Below, one piece after another: positions 59,818-64,000 of a DNA stretch of 64,000 bases (positions within the stretch are counted from its first letter, which is position 1; each line of letters opens with the position of its first letter). The position numbers and the translations under genes were made by a program. A model generated the notes under the pieces. It was not told the DNA's origin. It saw only the letters and a list, made by a program, of their open reading frames with translations, and ran no database searches. The stretch covers positions 1,664,001-1,728,000 of the forward strand of contig CAXXYH010000003.1 of assembly GCA_963677925.2 (NCBI GenBank), given 5' to 3'. The stretch comes from Spirochaetia bacterium (lineage in GTDB: Bacteria; Spirochaetota; Spirochaetia; UBA9216).

Positions 59818-60219
59818 TTGAAAAAAAACATACTCGTGATCCTTATACTTCTGTGCGTTTCTACAGCAGTTTTCGCTGAAGCCACGGAATCTCCATATTA
59901 TGTAAAAAGTGTACCAATCGTTAAGGTTTATTCAGTTGAACAGGGTTACCGACTCGTTTATATGAACAGTTCAATGAAATATTCAGCCGTATATGTTCCT
60001 ATCGAGTGGTTCGGAGGCGCAGCAGCAAAGGCTGAAGTTGTATATGGCAGATCAGAATCATATCCGTACTTTTCAATCTTCTGGAAAGACGGGGCTTTCG
60101 ATCATATCAGACTCTACCTGAAGTCCGACAGAACGGACCTGACATGGGGTGATGTTGATTCAACCGATGATATTTCAGGCAAGTTTGAAGGAGTCGAATC
60201 AATCGAGCTCAAATTCTGA
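59818..60219 (+). CDS. secreted hypothetical protein
   Basis: AAGGAGG RBS, TTG start, signal peptide ending AVFA. Confidence 0.8.
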   Translation: MKKNILVILILLCVSTAVFAEATESPYYVKSVPIVKVYSVEQGYRLVYMNSSMKYSAVYVPIEWFGGAAAKAEVVYGRSESYPYFSIFWKDGAFDHIRLYLKSDRTDLTWGDVDSTDDISGKFEGVESIELKF

Positions 60220-60233
60220 CAGCAGCAGATAAC

Positions 60234-61391
60234 ATGGATTTGATAAAAATGCAGAAAGCCATCGCGGGGGAAAACCTCGACGGATGGCTTTTTTTTAACT
60301 TCAGACACCGAGATCCCGTTGCAGACCGTATACTCGGGATAAATCCGGAAACAATGAATACCAGGGCATGGTACTATCTGGTGCCTGCCTTGGGAGAACC
60401 GGTAAAGATTCTTCATGAAGTTGAACCCGATCAGTTAAAGAACCTTCCCGGAAATACGGTGATGTATATGGATCGCCAAAGGCTTATCAGCAGCCTGGGA
60501 CAATTCAGCGGACGATGGGGAGCCCAGTACTCGGAAGAGCTAAGTGCCCTTTCCTGCCTGGATTTCGGAACAGCACTGACAATACAGTCTGCCGGGATAA
60601 CCCTCGAATCATCAGCCTCTCTCATCCAGCGTTTCTGCGGCCTTATTGATAATAATCAGATTCAGATGCATGAAGAGGCTGCAGACCATCTCTACGACAT
60701 AGTTGAAAAGGTCTGGGCGCGTCTGTCGGCAGCCATAAGTACACCCGGAAAAAAGCTGTATGAACGTGATGTGCAGCAGTGGATTCTTGATGAATTTAAT
60801 CTTAGAAACCTTGAAACCGAACACCTTCCCGTAGTTGCGTGCGGAAAGGCGTCAGGAAACCCGCATTATGCGGCGGAGGACAACGAAGGCCTCATATTAA
60901 AGGATTCAGTCCTGCAGCTTGATCTATGGGCCAGGCAGAAGAAACCGGGTTCTGTTTTTGCCGACATTTCCTGGGTCGGTTTTACAGGGAAGGATATTCC
61001 GGAGGATGCAGAGAAGCTGTTCTCAACAGTGGCAGAGGCTCGTGATCGCTGCGCCGGTTTCATATCAGAGAGACTTGCTGAAGAAAGATCTGTTACCGGA
61101 GCAGAGGCTGATGAGGCAGCAAGAAGGGTACTGATTGACAGCGGGAATAAACAGTATATAAAGCACAGAACCGGCCACGGCATTGATACGGAACTTCACG
61201 GGAATGGTACAGGCCTCGACTCGGTTGAATTTCCCGACAAACGGTTTCTGCTTGAAGGCTCCTGTTTTTCTATTGAACCTGGCCTGTATCTGCCTGAATT
61301 CGGTATGCGCACCGAGATTGATGCCTATATAAACCGCGGGAGGCTGATAATATCCGGCAGAACACCCCAGAAGAGATTATTAACCATCTGA
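60234..61391 (+). CDS. M24 family (Xaa-Pro) metallopeptidase
   Basis: NPHY, LDLW, ADIS, HRTGHGI, FSIEPGLY, GMRTE. Confidence 0.9.
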   Translation: MDLIKMQKAIAGENLDGWLFFNFRHRDPVADRILGINPETMNTRAWYYLVPALGEPVKILHEVEPDQLKNLPGNTVMYMDRQRLISSLGQFSGRWGAQYSEELSALSCLDFGTALTIQSAGITLESSASLIQRFCGLIDNNQIQMHEEAADHLYDIVEKVWARLSAAISTPGKKLYERDVQQWILDEFNLRNLETEHLPVVACGKASGNPHYAAEDNEGLILKDSVLQLDLWARQKKPGSVFADISWVGFTGKDIPEDAEKLFSTVAEARDRCAGFISERLAEERSVTGAEADEAARRVLIDSGNKQYIKHRTGHGIDTELHGNGTGLDSVEFPDKRFLLEGSCFSIEPGLYLPEFGMRTEIDAYINRGRLIISGRTPQKRLLTI

Positions 61392-62885
61392 ATAAACAGC
61401 TGAATATTGTTTTCTGAATTCAGAGGGCGAATATTCGGTTATTTTACGGAATACTTTACTGAAATACAGATTATCGCTGAAGCCCAGAGTATAAGCAATC
61501 TGGGCAATAGGCATATCCGGCTGATCCCGCAGCAGAGCCTTTGCCTCCTCCATCTTCATCTGAGTCAGATAATCAATAAAGGATGTACGGCAGTATTTTT
61601 TAAAAATTCGGTTCATTTTAGTCTGGGAGATATAAAAATGTCTGCAGATCTCTTCAACACTGATTTTGGAAGTTATATTCTCTTTTAAATAGGATTCAAT
61701 AAGAAGCATCAGTTCCTGGTCACTGGAGGAAATGTTACCATAATTGATTGAGAAGATTTCACATAAAAAATTCAGGTATTCCCTTGTTAAAACCTGGTAA
61801 TCTTCTGATTCATCCACTATTTTCTCAATCTGGTTTTCAATATTCAGTTCTGTAAATTGAGGGAGAATTGAATAATTCTTCTCTACCGATATGGTAATTC
61901 TGAAAAGGAATTTTTTTATAAGCAGAGCTGAAATCTTCTCTGTCTGACAGTATTCAAAAGTTTTTTTAATTAATTCGGAGAAATCATACCAGTGATGGGT
62001 TAAAAGCGCATTCTGCAGTTTCAGCTTGAATCTGCTCTGGAGCTGATTATATATTTCAGTATTATCCGAAAGATATTCCTTATCGCTGACAACTGTACAG
62101 GATTGACCAAGAACCTGATAGGAATCTTTTTCATTTTTAATTTTATTCACTACCCGTTCCAGTCTTCTGATATCACTGAATCTCTGACTGACAACGACAA
62201 CACTTGCCGGCATTTTACTCTTTAATATCTTTTCACCTATTACTCTTGATTCGTCGGATATTCTGTTTATTATTCCAAATATGATTAAAGTACATTCATT
62301 AAAGTATTGATCGAAAATCCAGCATGTCTCATTATCACCGAGAGATTTTTCAATCTCGGTTAAATTTCTGTCATTCACCGATACCGCAGGATAAATCAGA
62401 CAGCAGCAGTACTGAGAATAAGCACTGAAATAGTTTAACAAATCACTGTCCCGGGGAATAATATTTTTCATTATGCACTTTAACAGACCTGTCTGATAAT
62501 TCTTTTTTAAAAATTGAATGTGACTGGAAGCTCGCATTAAAACAGTGTGCAGCAGATTCTTTTCGACGGGTTTAAGAAGATAGTCATCTGCACTTGCTCT
62601 TAATGCATCACGTACAAGATTAAAATCCTGATAACCGCTGAGGACTATTAAAATAATATGCTTATAGATTTTTTTTATTTCTTTAATCAGGGTAATGCCG
62701 TCAATACCAGGCATTTTTATATCAGTAAAGATAATGTCAGGATTAAACTTCCCAATATTCTTAAGTGCATCACTTCCGTCAAAAGCTTCATATACTACTT
62801 CATACTCGGGGCCTATACTCCGAATGGTATCCCGCAGATCATTAATAAAAATCGGTTCATCATCTACAAGCATAATTCTAGGCAT
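61380..62885 (-). CDS. YesN-like response regulator (REC plus AraC HTH)
   Basis: LVDDE, TDIKMP, YLLKP; IAYTLGFSDNLYFSKVFRKITEYSPSEFR. Confidence 0.92.
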   Translation of the reverse strand: MPRIMLVDDEPIFINDLRDTIRSIGPEYEVVYEAFDGSDALKNIGKFNPDIIFTDIKMPGIDGITLIKEIKKIYKHIILIVLSGYQDFNLVRDALRASADDYLLKPVEKNLLHTVLMRASSHIQFLKKNYQTGLLKCIMKNIIPRDSDLLNYFSAYSQYCCCLIYPAVSVNDRNLTEIEKSLGDNETCWIFDQYFNECTLIIFGIINRISDESRVIGEKILKSKMPASVVVVSQRFSDIRRLERVVNKIKNEKDSYQVLGQSCTVVSDKEYLSDNTEIYNQLQSRFKLKLQNALLTHHWYDFSELIKKTFEYCQTEKISALLIKKFLFRITISVEKNYSILPQFTELNIENQIEKIVDESEDYQVLTREYLNFLCEIFSINYGNISSSDQELMLLIESYLKENITSKISVEEICRHFYISQTKMNRIFKKYCRTSFIDYLTQMKMEEAKALLRDQPDMPIAQIAYTLGFSDNLYFSKVFRKITEYSPSEFRKQYSAVYSDG

Positions 62886-62887
62886 TC

Positions 62888-64000
62888 TTATCCTTCCTGA
62901 ATCTCTTTTATATGGATTTTAATTTCGCTTCCGGATCCTGCAATATTATGAATATCAAAAACAAGCTGCTCATCATACAGCAGTTTTAATCGTATAAAGG
63001 TATTTAAAATACCCAGCTTGCTTGATTTTAGATATACGTTATCATTAAGCCAGTTACTGCTGTTATCAAAATGATATATCTCATCCTTTATTCTTTTAAG
63101 TTCACCTTCATCTATTCCTGTTCCATCATCGCTGATAACTATCTCCCAGCCGTCATCAGTCTGTCTTCCAAAAACTGAGATTTCTATAGCCCGGTCCAGA
63201 CCGTACATTCCGTGTTTAAAGCAATTTTCAACAAAGGGCTGCAGAGTCATCCTGGGCAGAAGTTTATTCTGAAGCTGATCCTCGATCACTATCTTATACT
63301 CCATCCTGTGTTCATAACGGTATTTAAGCAGGCCCAGGAATGAATCTATATTTTCTTTTTCTGCCCGCAATGTCACATAGTTTTCTGAAATATCCGATGT
63401 GTACTTCAATATCGTATTTAATTTACTGCAGATATCAGGAATTTTGCCATCACCGAGGTTCTTTGCCATTATTGATATCACCGATATAGTATTATGCAGG
63501 AAATGCGGATTCATCTGGGACTGCAGAAGTTTATAGTAGGCTTTCTCAATCTGCTGCTGAGTCTGGATTGTTTCATCCAATGAATTTTTCAGTTTAAGCG
63601 CCATCTTATCAAAGCTGCGGTTAAGAATAGCAATTTCACCATCGACATTAGAAAAGGCGTAGGCGCTCATATCCGGATTAATATTCTGATAATCAATATT
63701 CTCCACTTTTTTCTTGAGCTCCCGAAGCGGTGTATAGATATGAAGGGCTATTATATATGCTATAACAAAGGATATTGCTGTTCCGAATATTCCTATTATT
63801 ATTATCAGCCGTAGAATATTAAATATCGGCTCATTCAGGATAGTACGGGGAATCATGTAAAGAACAATCCAGTCGGGATATGAAGCAACTCGGCTTACGG
63901 CAACATAGCGGATACCTGACTTCTGCTCTATAAATTTTACTGCAGTATACTCTGACATCTTTTCGGCGTTTTTATAATCATTTATCAGCTTTTCATCACT
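62888..64000 (-). CDS. YesM-like sensor histidine kinase (5'-truncated by the window edge)
   Basis: HAMP, LQSQMNPHFLHNT, LQPFVENCFKHG, DDGTG; frame stays open to 64000. Confidence 0.92.
   Translation of the reverse strand, partial: SDEKLINDYKNAEKMSEYTAVKFIEQKSGIRYVAVSRVASYPDWIVLYMIPRTILNEPIFNILRLIIIIGIFGTAISFVIAYIIALHIYTPLRELKKKVENIDYQNINPDMSAYAFSNVDGEIAILNRSFDKMALKLKNSLDETIQTQQQIEKAYYKLLQSQMNPHFLHNTISVISIMAKNLGDGKIPDICSKLNTILKYTSDISENYVTLRAEKENIDSFLGLLKYRYEHRMEYKIVIEDQLQNKLLPRMTLQPFVENCFKHGMYGLDRAIEISVFGRQTDDGWEIVISDDGTGIDEGELKRIKDEIYHFDNSSNWLNDNVYLKSSKLGILNTFIRLKLLYDEQLVFDIHNIAGSGSEIKIHIKEIQEG

Overview
64 kb of chromosome from an anaerobic, free-living spirochaete-like bacterium (Borrelia-type S4, tRNA-Arg(UCG), tRNA cluster followed by tig-clpP-clpX-lon, MCP, DUF6657-like gene). 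No IS, prophage, CRISPR array or rRNA was found. Left to right: DUF4125, ferritin, a 3-TM protein divergent from an orphan HTH-fused N6-adenine methyltransferase and a Zn-PLC/P1-fold gene; a LysR-linked tripartite tricarboxylate transporter/sugar-acid dehydratase island; an 8-gene minus-strand operon (SorE-like reductase, DeoR, E2, E3, fused E1ab, PHP protein, SrlD-like SDR, rhamnulokinase); thioesterase/GH36/MBL; alkaline phosphatase with a Pho-box-like array plus YibE/F; MCP; topB and a radical SAM gene; a STAS/HK/RR/RsbT-like kinase/[FeFe]-hydrogenase-like signalling cluster; housekeeping genes; five tRNAs; tig-clpPX-lon; ROK/MFS; and a truncated two-component pair. The best candidate for an undescribed system is the 14.3-25.5 kb operon. 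Its enzyme set fits an aldolase-independent route in which a (6-deoxy)ketose-1-phosphate has its carbonyl moved by reduction and re-oxidation and is then cleaved oxidatively by an acetoin-dehydrogenase-like TPP/lipoate complex to acyl-CoA plus a tetrose phosphate. This pathway is inference and untested. All family calls rest on motif recognition by eye, not database searches.
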